Shown here piece by piece: positions 52,586 through 64,000 of a stretch of 64,000 nucleotides of DNA. The notes beneath the pieces are model-generated. The model saw only the letters and a program-made list of their open reading frames with translations. It was not told the DNA's origin and did no database searches. A program made the position numbers and the translations under genes. Where the stretch lies: the NCBI GenBank assembly GCA_017499595.2, contig CM039000.1:2914001-2978000 (forward strand). Direction: 5' to 3'. Each line of letters begins with the position of its first letter. Positions within the stretch are counted from its first letter, which is position 1. The DNA comes from Psilocybe cubensis (Eukaryota).

Positions 52586-53641
52586 TCAATCACTATCACT
52601 GAACGTAAGCGCCTCATCTTGCTCCTCGTCTTCATCCTTGGTCCTCTCATATTGACTGACATCCACGGAAACCGCCCCCTCCTCCACAAGGGTTTCATCC
52701 TCCACAATTTTGTTGCGTTCAAAGAGTTGGCGACCTAGGTTGTTTATAGTACCTTGGATAAAGAGGACGTAATACCAATGATCTTACCTGACAATCTTGT
52801 GCTGGCTCTTTTCCACTCTTCACGTTCTTTAGGTGTAAGATTCTTGAGCCTCTCTTCCTCTTCTTGAGCCTTTTTAAGAGCGATTTCTTTGTCGAAAGCC
52901 GCCTTCCAGGCTTTGAAGGACTCTATCGTCACCGGCGTACCTCGAGTACGCTTTTCTTCTTCCTAAATTTTATCTTAATCATGGGTCATAAGGATTATGA
53001 TGACTGCAAAGTGACGTACCTCAAGGAGTAATCGCTCTTTCTCTCGCTCTCGTTTATTCTCTTCTTCGATCTTGAAACGAACGAGTTCTGATAGCTGTTC
53101 TCGAAGTTGGGATACCAGAGTAAAGGTCATCGCCATCCCCAAATTATCCTCTCCCTAACAATCTTAATAAAGTGCACCTCACCAAACAAGAAAGGGCGCA
53201 GGATATGACTTACTACTTTTTTCAAATCCGCCAACAGCTTGTCGACGTCGTTGTCGTCGATTTTTGGATCTTCATGTTTTAAAGATAGTTCGGGCAATTC
53301 ATCGGGATAGGTATCGGTGTAATGAACACACAGTGTTACTTGAACTGCGCGGAACGAGAACTCATAGATTAATCGAGGTGCTTGTATCTCGATTATTCAT
53401 AACTTGCCATTATCAGCACCGTCCGGGATATCATCAGCCTCCGCTTCGATTTCTACGTCACGTTCGGATATTCCTTCATATACAAGAGCTTCAGCTGTTT
53501 GTCAAGCTGGATCTTGAAGAGGATACAGACTCTGGAGCTCGGTGGGGTAGATTGCTTCTAGAACCTGCAAAATTATGAGTGACTGTTCTGCAAAAGCTAA
53601 CTGAGACACACTTCGAATTCCTCGAGGAGGGCGTCAGACAT
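52586..53641 (-). CDS. GIR2: RWD-domain protein Gir2/RWDD1
   Basis: EEFEVLEAIYP, YTDTYPDELP, NLGMAMTFTLVS, GTPVTIESFKAWK, RLSGRQLFE, acidic tail. Confidence 0.88.
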
Positions 53642-53816
53642 TTTTGACGGTCATGTAAGGTCGGAAGAAAACCAAGATTCATTATCTTATCCAGTAGTTG
53701 CCGCTTATTGCACTTTTCTCCAGTAAGTACCCGGATCATGTGATCGAGCTTTCGTCGTCGGGAGTTCGAAATTGGCTCTTCTAGTTAAGCCATATCGCCT
53801 TCAAGGTATCTGAGCA

Positions 53817-54435
53817 ATGCAAAGATTGCTTCAGCGCCTCCCATATTCTTCTCTGCGACTCGTACAAACGACGAAGACGCTTTTCAGACCGTGTCCCAAC
53901 ACTCTCAAATTTTCCTCAGATAACAATGCGCGCTTCATAACGTCTCCTTCGCACCCTGCCGCTGGTGTGTTGGTAGAAACAACCACCAACACAAAGGGCT
54001 CGACGCCGGAGGGTAGATGGAAAGAACGGGCAAAAGACGCGCTCCATGCTTTAAACAGTCCTCCTCATGACGAATATACAGGTAACGATTCCTCATTCAT
54101 CCGCGTCTTCCGCCCCACGAATTAATATCGGGTGATTAAACAGGTCGAAGTGTTCCTGCAACTGGCAAAAATCTTTCCGCGACCTTCAGAAGGTTAGACC
54201 AAATCTTGATACGCAACAATGTCCGACAAGAACTACGAATGGGTGAGAGACATGAGAAAAAGGGTGTCAAGCGCCGGAGGTTGAAGAGCCAGAGGTGGCA
54301 TAATTGGTTTGCCAACGAGGTCCGTATTTCCTCACTGTATTCTTTTTCGCACCTTGAATTCTCGTATTCTTGACCATATACTAGGTGCGACAAAAGGTTC
54401 AGCTGGTAAATAAAATCCGGAAGCGTGGGGCATAG
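53817..54435 (+). CDS. Mitochondrial ribosomal protein bS21m (Mrp21)
   Basis: Presequence; GRSV...RHEKKGVKRRRLKSQRWHNWFANEVRQKVQLVNKIRKRGA S21 signature. Confidence 0.85.
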
Positions 54436-55918
54436 AATTTTGTACCCATGCCGTTCAAACGACTGTGGTCATTAAGCAGGTGTTGACTGCGCTTATAACC
54501 CTGGCCCGTCATCTTCAAGCTCCGGGATGTATGAAGTCGCAGGTTCCGCCCCAGATCATAAACTACGTTCTGTTAATAGGTCAAATGACAGCCTCTTTTC
54601 TCCGCATCTTTATCGCATGGTTAGGCAAATGCTTAAATGTCCCAAACGAAAGCTACTTTCAATCTTTATAAAAGTCGCTTGGGAGGATCTTGAAAGCGCC
54701 AGATTCTCGGCCCAAAAGCCTATTCACCGAGCACGATCACAGGCAACAGAATTAAAGAATCCAACGCACGCTGATTATTATGTTTTCAGGTGGAATAGGC
54801 CAGGGCTAGCTCCCCTTCCAGTGATGAAAGTCTCCAACTTCTCGCTCTCCGCAAGTGTACAAGCAAAGGCAGAAATAGACTAAATTCTAGGGACCGAGTT
54901 TCAAGGAAAGCTTGATACCAAGAATGGGGCTTCCGCTCCAGATCGGGAGATTCCGAATGCCTCACGACAGTATGTGTGCCCAACTTCCAGAACGAGGCAT
55001 CATGCAGGTTTTATTTGCCTTCCTTGCGTTTAAATTCGAGCTACTAACCATGACGCTGACGATCACTTCTACCCTTCTGCTCCTCCCGTCCAATCTCACC
55101 CACCTATCTCGCAATGTGCCATAACGTCCGTCTCTGCTTTGAAATGTCTTTCACCTCCTGACTCTTGCGCTTCTTTCAATAGGTACTCGACGGAAGATAC
55201 CATTCTCACTGTGGTCACTTTTACGCTATGGCTACCCGAAAACAAGACTGCTATCGTGTCAATTGCATTTTCAGTGAAAGACATGCACCCTGTTCGTAAC
55301 ACCAATTGAGCCCGTTGGTTCTATCTTCTAATCTTGCCGGTTTGACAGGGTGTTTCTCTTCCGCATGTATTCGAATGATGTCTGCACCAGCACGCAATCC
55401 GATACGACTCAGCCCAACGGTGTGTGCTGAGTGTAACCGGAGGAATAGGGAGCTCGAGGGCTTAGCGAAAGGAGAAGCAAAACCCTTTGTCGTCGGCGAC
55501 CGATGATTTGAGATTACCATGCCCTATACCCACATCCTCCATCACTTCCCACTGTACAATTTCTTGCATTTAAACCAGCATATATCATGTATTTCCACTT
55601 AGGCAGTGCCTTTCTACCGTAGATGTTTTGTAGTGCGCCTTTCCACCCCCAAAATCACGGCGATACACAGAAATTTTTATTCTAATCCGATCGAATACTT
55701 AAGATAGGTGACGATAATCTTGACGTTATGATAGACTTTGAACTTCCCTATAATTTCCGCACCTTTCATTCGAGTTAGTACTACCACCAGAATGGATGGA
55801 CCCTTAAATTGATGGCTGCTGACAAAGACACAATCTTCCGAAAAAGGAAGATAATGACTGAAGGGAGGTTTTTCCTCCACTTCCACTCAAGCTTCAGTGG
55901 TGTTCTCTACTTTCCACA

Positions 55919-57385
55919 ATGTCAAGATTTCTGTTAGGAGATGAAATCGGAAACATAAAAATCCTTTGCTATAATCCCGAATCCACTGAAGAATCTAAAT
56001 GTACTATTTCAAAGCTCTATCAACCCGCAGTGGTCGCTGGACCTAGCATCGGTGTCCAAAAACTTGCAACTTCGTCCCAAGGTGAAGGGTATGCAAAATC
56101 CACTGTGGTAAGCCTCGACTGTACTTTCATCTTCAGAATTGTGTGCTAAACCAAGTGTCACAAGCAAAGCTTGCAGCAGCCTTTTCCGATGGAACTTGTT
56201 TTGCATCCAGTCTAAAGGACGATGATAGCCTTGAGACGCTCCTCGAATGGAAGGAACCCCGAATCGTTGCCAATAAATTTGTGGGAATGTCTATATTGGA
56301 CAGGTGTGTACATGTCCTACGCGCATTGGATTCCCCCGTTTAATTTCCATCTACAGCTCAGTATACACTTGCACTTCTAATGGAATGCTGCGAAGAACAC
56401 CTTTTTCGTTGGACGGGGAAGCGATAGAAAACTCGCAACCACAGACTGGAATTTTACCTAGTCGATTGCGTGATTGGAGGTTATCTGCAGATGGCACAAC
56501 GTTTGCATATGGAGGCGACGAAGTTGATCTCTCCGTTTGGAATACCGAGCTCGCACTTTCAACACAACCTGTACCTGCCAAACCTGTCGACGGTACAAAA
56601 AAGCGGAAACGTAACGATGATTTTTTTCCGTCAGAGATTTGGAGAGCTCGAAACGTAAGTAATTCGCAGAATTGATTTCTAATACATAAATTCATTGCTT
56701 ATTTTGTTCACTAGGTACCGAACGACAGTCTCAGCCTTCGTCAACCCATTCGAATTACAGCCTTGACATACCTATCCTCCTCAACAAACGGTCATCATAT
56801 TGTAACTGGTACGCAGTTTGGCGATGTTCGACGATATGATACGAGAGCTGCGCGTCGACCCGTTTCTATCTGGACTGGTATTGCAAAAGTCAACGGTGTG
56901 AAAACGTTGGAGAAGGGATTCTCAGAAAAGTATGCCATTGGGCGAAAATTCAACATTGCAAAGCCTCTAAATTACCTTTTGTAGTGAATTATTTATGAGC
57001 GACAATGGTTCCAACCTGTCCTCAGTAGATCTCCGTACTGGAGGAATTCTTTACACTTACAAAGGTTCGAACTTATGTCTTTTATATTATCTTTCCCTGA
57101 CTTGTGAATCCAGGAATATCGGGCGCCATTTCGTCAATTGCACAGACTCCAGATGTAGTGGTGTCAACGTCATTGGACAGATACGCTCGCGTCCACAGTG
57201 TCGTTTCTCCTCCCCCTGTGGCCAGGGCACACCAGGAAAAGAAAGGCCAAGTCCTTGAAAAAGTATATGTTACATCTATCCCAACGGTAGTTGTATGGGA
57301 CAAACAGATATCTGCCAAGGCTGAAATAGAGGAAACAAACGAAGATGATGATGAGGTTTGGGACACTATGGAACATATTTCATGA
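55919..57385 (+). CDS. NSA1: Ribosome biogenesis WD40 protein Nsa1/WDR74
   Basis: FLLGDEIG, FAYGGDEVDLSVW, IWRARNVPNDSL, VRRYDTRAARRPV, SLDRYARVH. Confidence 0.88.
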
Positions 57386-57431
57386 TCTTATATCTGTACT
57401 ATATATCGTCTACTTTTACATGATTCCTCCG

Positions 57432-58970
57432 TTAAGCCTTGTGAGCTATTTCGCTCTTCCAGGTGTGGGCCTTTTCAAACCCGTTTCTTCCAGTTTGATC
57501 TACACGGAATATTAGGAGTTGAGCATAGCTCTTGCAGCAAAGAAGCTTACAATCGATCAAAGTTTTCTGAATCTCCTCCTTGGTTGTCATAACAAATGGT
57601 CCATATTGGAACACCTTTTGATCCAAAGGCTCTCCCGAAACCTACAGGCATGGTTAGAACGTAATGTAAACCATGCATACAACTATGACGTACCAAAACC
57701 AATTCTGTTCCTTCAACGCCAGACAAAGCTACGCCGTTTTCCTCAGATTTTGCAGAAAGAACAGCGGTATGGAATGCAGGAACAACCGTCTTTTCTGTCC
57801 CCACATTCAAGGTTCCTTTCCAAGCTGCGGGTTTACAAACGCAGATTACCGAGCTGTTTTTGAAACGCAATGCAGATATACTCACAGTACAAAAAGGAGG
57901 TCCATCCACTGGCTATGATCGGAAGATTGTGTTTGAATTGTATTGCGTTTCGCATGGCACAAAATTAATGACTCACGCAAATCCTGGAACATGCTTCCAT
58001 CCTTGTTGAAGGTTATATGGAAGAACCAGCAACCTCCAAGAGGTCTCACGGGTGATTCTACCCCGTGGCTCTTCCCGCTGATGACTTTAATTTTCACTGG
58101 TCCGTCGGCTCCTTCTGGATATGCAACAGGAATCCTTGAAAAATGAGTTAAAATTTGTGCTGCTTTCTGTCTGAAGGATTAGTAACTTACTTGTCTGGGG
58201 AGAGCTCTTGATAACTGGGTTCCTGTTAAACCAAACACAATACATACGTCAAATAATGCATCATCCATACAGACAAAGCATTACGAACCGACATCTTGAA
58301 CTAAAAAGATTTTCGTCAGAAAGTATAAGCCTTTTGGGCAACAAGTTCGAACGTACCTTCTCGGGCAGGTCAACCCATAATTGCAGACCGCGTGGATCAG
58401 GGCGACCTTCGGCGTGCACAGGCATCTCAGCGTGGATGATACCCTTTCCGGCACACATCCATTGTACGCCACCAGTAGCTAAACAAGATCATTTCAATCA
58501 TACGGATATGGAGGAACACATCGAAGGCCACTGACCGATCGTTCCTTTGTGGCCTGCAGAATCCTCATGCTGACTTTCTCTAACGAAATCGGGGAAATAC
58601 GTTCAGATATACGTTGCTAGATGAGATAGAGTGAGTTGGCGTACCCTTCCAGCATGTACGTCACGGTTGCCTGGCCTCTGTGAGGATGGTCAGGAAACCC
58701 CTATGTCAGACCGAGATTAGATAACCTTGAGTGCAAAATCGAATAAACTAGTATCTACCGCGCCCTTGGAAACATGGAAGTGGTCCAACATAAGGAAGGG
58801 CGTGAGGTTTCGAAGGGCCATAGACCCGATGCTGCGCCTGACCAAAGCACCAGCTCCCTATCGCAATACCAGCTCGTGAATATCATTTCGTTCACCGATC
58901 GTCAGAAAGAACAGACCTCTGGTGTTTCGACAGCTAAAACTTTCTTGAGGACTGTTCGAGAGATTGACAT
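57432..58970 (-). CDS. Pirin (bicupin); possible in-frame upstream start at 59126
   Basis: EGAGALVRRSIGS, PFLMLDHF, FPDHPHRG, WMCAGKGIIHAEMP, GLQLWVDLP, FQYGPFVMT. Confidence 0.93.
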
Positions 58971-59650
58971 TTCAGCAGGTTCGTATGGGTTTGATGATTG
59001 GGTCCGAAGGTAAAAGTTAAATGTGAAGGGTTTGTAAAACGATATGGAGATTGCAAGAAGTAGTAGGAAGAATGGGTACAAGAGATAGCTATGCAGAGCG
59101 ACGAGCCTTTTAAGTCTCTGGATCATACTCTTGTCCTACTTTCCATCCCCCGACGATGACCAACGACTGACTGAGACATTCCCTGTCAGTGGGATAATTT
59201 TTTCTCATATGGACGGTCGTCGTCAGTGACCTGCAATAACCACGAGGTCATTACGTCAACAAAATGACTAAACCAGCCCTTGGCGAGCAAGCCTGTCCAT
59301 GCAATTTGATTTTGGACTTCCAAGTAGTACTCAGCTCGGTCGACTGTGTGTCAAGACGATTTGTATAGTGTAGGCAGAACAACGTAGAATGTACTGGGGA
59401 GAGTGTTGGCAACAACGATTATACATGGTAAAATGTTCGCAAACAGCGAAACGGAGACAAAAATAAGGTAATGGGGGTATTATCACAACATGATGGGTTC
59501 GTGAAAACAGTAGGCGGCAATCCTCCATCCGAATCCTGTCCTCCGACCGACAAAGATATACAAGGGATACTGGTTAGCTTTTCCAGGTGTCTAGATATTT
59601 GGTATATACATAGTCGGGTATTGAAGTGAGCTCAATGAGCAAGAGCAGGT

Positions 59651-61598
59651 TTATTCGATGGATATTCGTGGGGCCAGAGGAATTCCGGAGGTGTTGGACT
59701 GGCTCTGGGTCATGTTTCCACTGGAATTGACCTTGGTATTAGATGGTCGAATAGGAACAGCTTGAGCAGACAGAAAGTCAGTCTATCAACATGAAATTCC
59801 TCCAGAAAAAAATCCTCACAATGGGTTTTAGACGACTGTAGCCCTTGATCGAAGTCGGAGAAACACCGTATTCCAACAGCAAAAGTCAACAACATTAAAA
59901 TCAAAGCAACGATCGCTATATATATGTGTAAGTAAAACACCGATGGCCAGGACGAGTCGATACTTACTGAAAGTGGTTAGGGTAGCTCTGGTCGTCAGAT
60001 ATTGCTCCCTCGAAGCTGGTTGATAGAAACGGACAAGTTTATACACTGTACTAGGCGTTGAGCATCTAAACCATAAGGAAAGAAATAAATTATCAAAAAC
60101 TCACAAACTATGGGAAAGTTCCATTCCTTTAGTTAAAAGATATCTACCTGAAGAATGGTCCACTCACAGTAACTCAATGAAGCCAACATCATAATCAATG
60201 AGATGGTCATGATCCTACGAATGTGTCATATTGAATATCTTTGAAAAATAAAGAAATTAAAAAAAAGAAGGAACGCACGACTTTATTTCTCGCTGAACTG
60301 CTATGCCACATAGAATAAGAAGAATGAGGACCACAGGAATAGCAGCGACGGTGACGCCGAATTCCGCCGAATTGCGTTGCAAAACGATAATAAGCAGCTA
60401 AATCGTAACGGGTCATCAAAAAAATCGCAGTTGAGTTCCTTTGACTACCTACCTGCATTGTGACACCGGTGAAGAAGAAAAAGTCGAACTTCAACAAACA
60501 GATCATGATTTGATACCACTGATACATTGCTGCGGAGACAGAATTAGATTTGTTTGAACCTTTGGTCAATAGGTGGTCGATTTTTCTCACTTTTCATCCT
60601 GGGATTGGCGCCTACAACGTGGAAGATGGCCCATCTAAGTGATAAATAAAAATTAGTTAAAGGATAATACTGTGCTAAAAAATAGACGTACCCAAATTCG
60701 CCGTAGAGTTGCTTGATCCAAAATAGCATGAATAGCCACGATGCACCAATGACAGATGGAGCAACGATGAGAAATGGTCTGATTTGGCTCCAAAGAGTGC
60801 CCGTCCCTCCGCATGTCTGATAAAATGAAGCATCACTCGTCAGTCGGGACTTTTCGAAGACGTTTTGTTGAGTATATATTCAACGTACGATGTAGCTAGT
60901 TGATACATCGCAACCAAGATCCGTCACGAGTGCGGTCTTCGTTTGGTGTATTTGCAGGGCCGCAAACACAATTAGAGCACCATGGAAGACTAAGGCGTTG
61001 CGGAAATTGGGTCAGTTGATGTACGGTGTCGTGTAGTTGAGCGAAGCACGCACTGAGAATTCCAAATAGCTGGATAATGTTGCGCAGTCTCAGCGCATCG
61101 AATGCCATGAAGAGTTCAAATAGCCTGGGTATTCAGTTTTAGTCGGACATGGAGCGAGATCGCTAGAAGGGCGGCGCTTACTCTGCTAGAGCAAAGAGCG
61201 CAAGGTAACATGGTACAGTCTGTGATCTCATGTTGGACGAAGGTCGTCGATACAATATTGTAAAGAATCCGGCGCACCTTGTATCTTCCTTGAGTTAGTT
61301 GGACATGAACATCGGCCTGTGCAGAAAAAGAAATATCCAGTCCCCGGTTGCCTCACTTAACATCCGGAACTCACCTTATGGAAGGTCAGTCCAACCATTA
61401 CGAGCACCACAATCGCCTCTAATCATCGCAGATACATTCGTCAAGCCCATTCGATATTTCAGCAGACTGAACTCACGGATAGTTACTAGACGGGATCATA
61501 TGAGCCATGAGACGAACAATTAAGCGAGAGTTAATTAGCTTACTGGTTGCAATAAACGCTCGTTGAGCTCGGGTGGCGAGCAGCGGTTCAACGGCCAT
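59651..61598 (-). CDS. Multi-pass membrane protein, UPF0658/Golgi membrane family
   Basis: MAFDALRLRNIIQLFG, LYGEFGWAIFHVVGANP, ICLLKFDFFFFTG, CFSDFDQGL, C-terminal RISIE. Confidence 0.75.
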
Positions 61599-62042
61599 GA
61601 CTGGCAAAGCTCGTGAAAGTGAAAGAGGGTAAGGGTGTTACGCAAGAGCGATACGCCTGGTGTAGTTGGAAAAGAGATGCACTGGATTGAATGCGGCTTG
61701 GGTACAGCCCCGTTTCGCAGGGGAAAAACGTGCCGTGGGCATCATCAATTTGACCCTTTGGCCCCGAGCAATTTAGTTTCTTTGGACCATTCCGACAATC
61801 AACACCTGCCTTGCAGTTGTCAATGTCCAGTAACCCTACGCCATTACCAGCTTATTGTTAGCGCTAAACAAGTAGTTCAATGACGATGTGCCAAGTGCTT
61901 TGGCTAGGACCAATACTTACGAAACGCAATTACATGATCTATGATCGAACATCCCAAATTGTTCAAGTAGTAGCACCTCTGGAATTTGTGGACTAAGTAC
62001 TACCTGCGATAAACTACTACAGTTCCTTACAGAGTTCCTAGT

Positions 62043-63670
62043 TCAGAACTCTTCTCTTCGATCGACACTCTCAATCACAGATGTCGATACATCGATCTCT
62101 TCTTGCCACAACTTCGTTATAAACGACCGAGAAGACGCCAACCATTCAGGAGAACCATCCGTTATGTCAATCGCGGCTGTTTTGGAAAGCCCTTCTACAG
62201 CGTCATTAACTATGCATGTACAAATCATTTTGAGAGTCTCCCTCCAGTTGAGTTCATTCTCTTCCGAAATAATGTATCTTCTTCCATGAATAGTGTCTCG
62301 CCAAACTTGAAGCAAAGCATCAACATTTGAAGGTATCCGTGCGGTCGTTGTTGGCAAAAGATCATACAGCCTCAAGGCTGTTATTAGTCGATATGAAGGG
62401 TGCGCAGGAGCAGGCGAAGAATGCAGTGTCCAATCGCTAAATTCAGGTCAATGTTAAGAATGTCGATGCAGGCAGATTAAGGAAAATATGCTGAGTATGC
62501 TTACCCCCAGTATCCTTCCTCGACCAGGAGGTCCTTCATCCACGAGCCTACATCACCTCGCCTGGAAAATAGATCTTCTATCACTCCTTCTAAGTCAATC
62601 TGACCTCCAGGGGTATCGTCATCCTGCTCTGTGGCATGTAGATGGCTAACAAATCCGTACTCGGAAAAGAGTGTTGCGTTGGAATGCAATCCATATCGCA
62701 GGTATAATTCTTCCGTTTGACCAGTAACATCGGACGGTGATAGAAGCACAAAATTATCTCCGAATTTTCTGCTGGCTGATGGGCCTGTGTCCCAAAGTTC
62801 TGCCCTCGTTGGCTCTGGTATTGTGTAAGGAGGTTTCGTCGTGTGGTTAGCGAAATCGAGAATAGGACATAATGTCATATTGTCGCCATCAGTGCGTTTT
62901 TTTGCTAGTCGATGGTAAACACATCGAGTATTAACTGTATCGTTGTTATCAACCACTGCTGACAGGAAATGTAACTATTCAAACCATTTAACCATCCCCA
63001 AAGAAAGTCTTCTTCCGCTTCAACATCTTTCTTTTGATGAAGTAGCGAAGGGTTATCAGTCTTGACTCTGTAATTAGCAAGCTTCTACCACAGACAAGGT
63101 CATGACTAACTAAATAATCCTGTGTCCGTTTCCAATCTTGCTCGAACAAGCCCGTTATTTTTTCAAGCTTCTCAAGGATTCGATGAGGCAAAACGCTTGC
63201 AAGATGATGATCCAAAGACAATATATCGGGGTTGCGTCTTTTCTTCCAAAGCCAAGTCAATGGGTGGGAGTCAAAATTTTCTGGCAAAACTGATATGTAT
63301 GGTCCAAAGAGAGGATCAGAGCAATGTCCATTCACAGGCCTGTTCAGCATAAGATGCAGAGAAACAGCTTGTGTGCATGTCAACCTGGGTCGCGTAGATG
63401 GGTAATGAGGAGCTAAAGTCAAATGGTTCAACAGGGCCTGCGCCGGAATAGAAAACAGTGGAGTCGATGGTTGGATTGTCCGCAAGGAAAATAAACCATA
63501 TCCGGCGCCTAAGATTGGTACAGAAATTGGCGGTAGATTTCGAAGAATCCAGTTGGCAACTAACCAGGACTGGAACGCGCTACAACTGGCAGCTTATCGA
63601 GAGAAACATCCATGCCATGGACCTCTGAAAGCCATTGAAGGAGAGCATTCCACCGTGGATGGACGTTCAT
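62043..63670 (-). CDS. SET-domain (Rubisco LSMT/Rkm-like) lysine methyltransferase
   Basis: GYGLFS, FGPYISVLP, VNTRCVY, LCPILDFANH, ELYLRYGLHSNATLFSEYGF. Confidence 0.88.
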
Positions 63671-63860
63671 TGTGAAGGATGATTTTAGTTACCTAATCCG
63701 GCTTGGTCAAATGGCGGACCGATCACGTCTCGATCGCGAAGTATGGTTGGAGGTGGTTTCTAACGCAGATAAGGGCCCGGCACTCCCACAAGCTCAGATT
63801 AACGCGTCTTTGTGAACCCACACTCTTCTTCTTACTAACCACATCTACTAACCACCCAAA

Positions 63861-64000
63861 ATGTCCGTCTTCAATGCTACTCGACTCATCGGAAAGACTG
63901 TGCTCATTACAGGGGCGAGCAGCGGCATCGGAGCGGTTAGTCTGTCCTACTAAACTAATTTCCTCCCTCATCTAATCGCCCTATACAGGCAACTGCCGTG
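63861..64000 (+). CDS. Short-chain dehydrogenase/reductase (5' fragment, runs off the window)
   Basis: MSVFNATRLIGKTVLITGASSGIGA then intron, then ATAV; TGxxxGxG Rossmann motif. Confidence 0.85.

Overview
Gene-dense, intron-rich (GT-AG introns mostly 50-70 nt) fungal genomic DNA. The gene set and intron style point to a mushroom-forming basidiomycete (Agaricomycetes; inferred). About 27 protein-coding genes can be reconstructed by hand. Most are housekeeping: Rmp1-like, SQR, Src1/Man1, Vps23, TEA-domain TF, Noc3, Apc5, Stu2/XMAP215, GPAT, MetAP1, eIF2B-alpha, cyclin, Rmd5, TBC GAP, Sdh1, RWD/Gir2, Mrp21, Nsa1, pirin, SET and SDR. I found no tRNA, rRNA, CRISPR array or intact transposon. The standout is a ~1.15 kb non-coding element (about 10837-12008, minus strand) in the unusually long convergent gap between SRC1 and VPS23. 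By manual base-pair inspection it shows, in order: a terminal helix, a long arm whose base abuts a tandemly repeated template-like stretch, a U-rich/A-rich H-type pseudoknot, a second long arm and a 3' Sm-like site. This is the architecture of fungal telomerase RNAs, and it predicts a testable telomere repeat. Secondary finds are a second structured intergenic region (~39.87-40.29 kb), a 97-aa Cys/His-rich six-exon gene missed by the ORF track, an obligatory 2-nt micro-exon in MetAP1, and a GPI-anchored cupredoxin with a [G/S]Y[G/S] low-complexity domain. All exon boundaries and RNA folds were worked out by eye, not computed.
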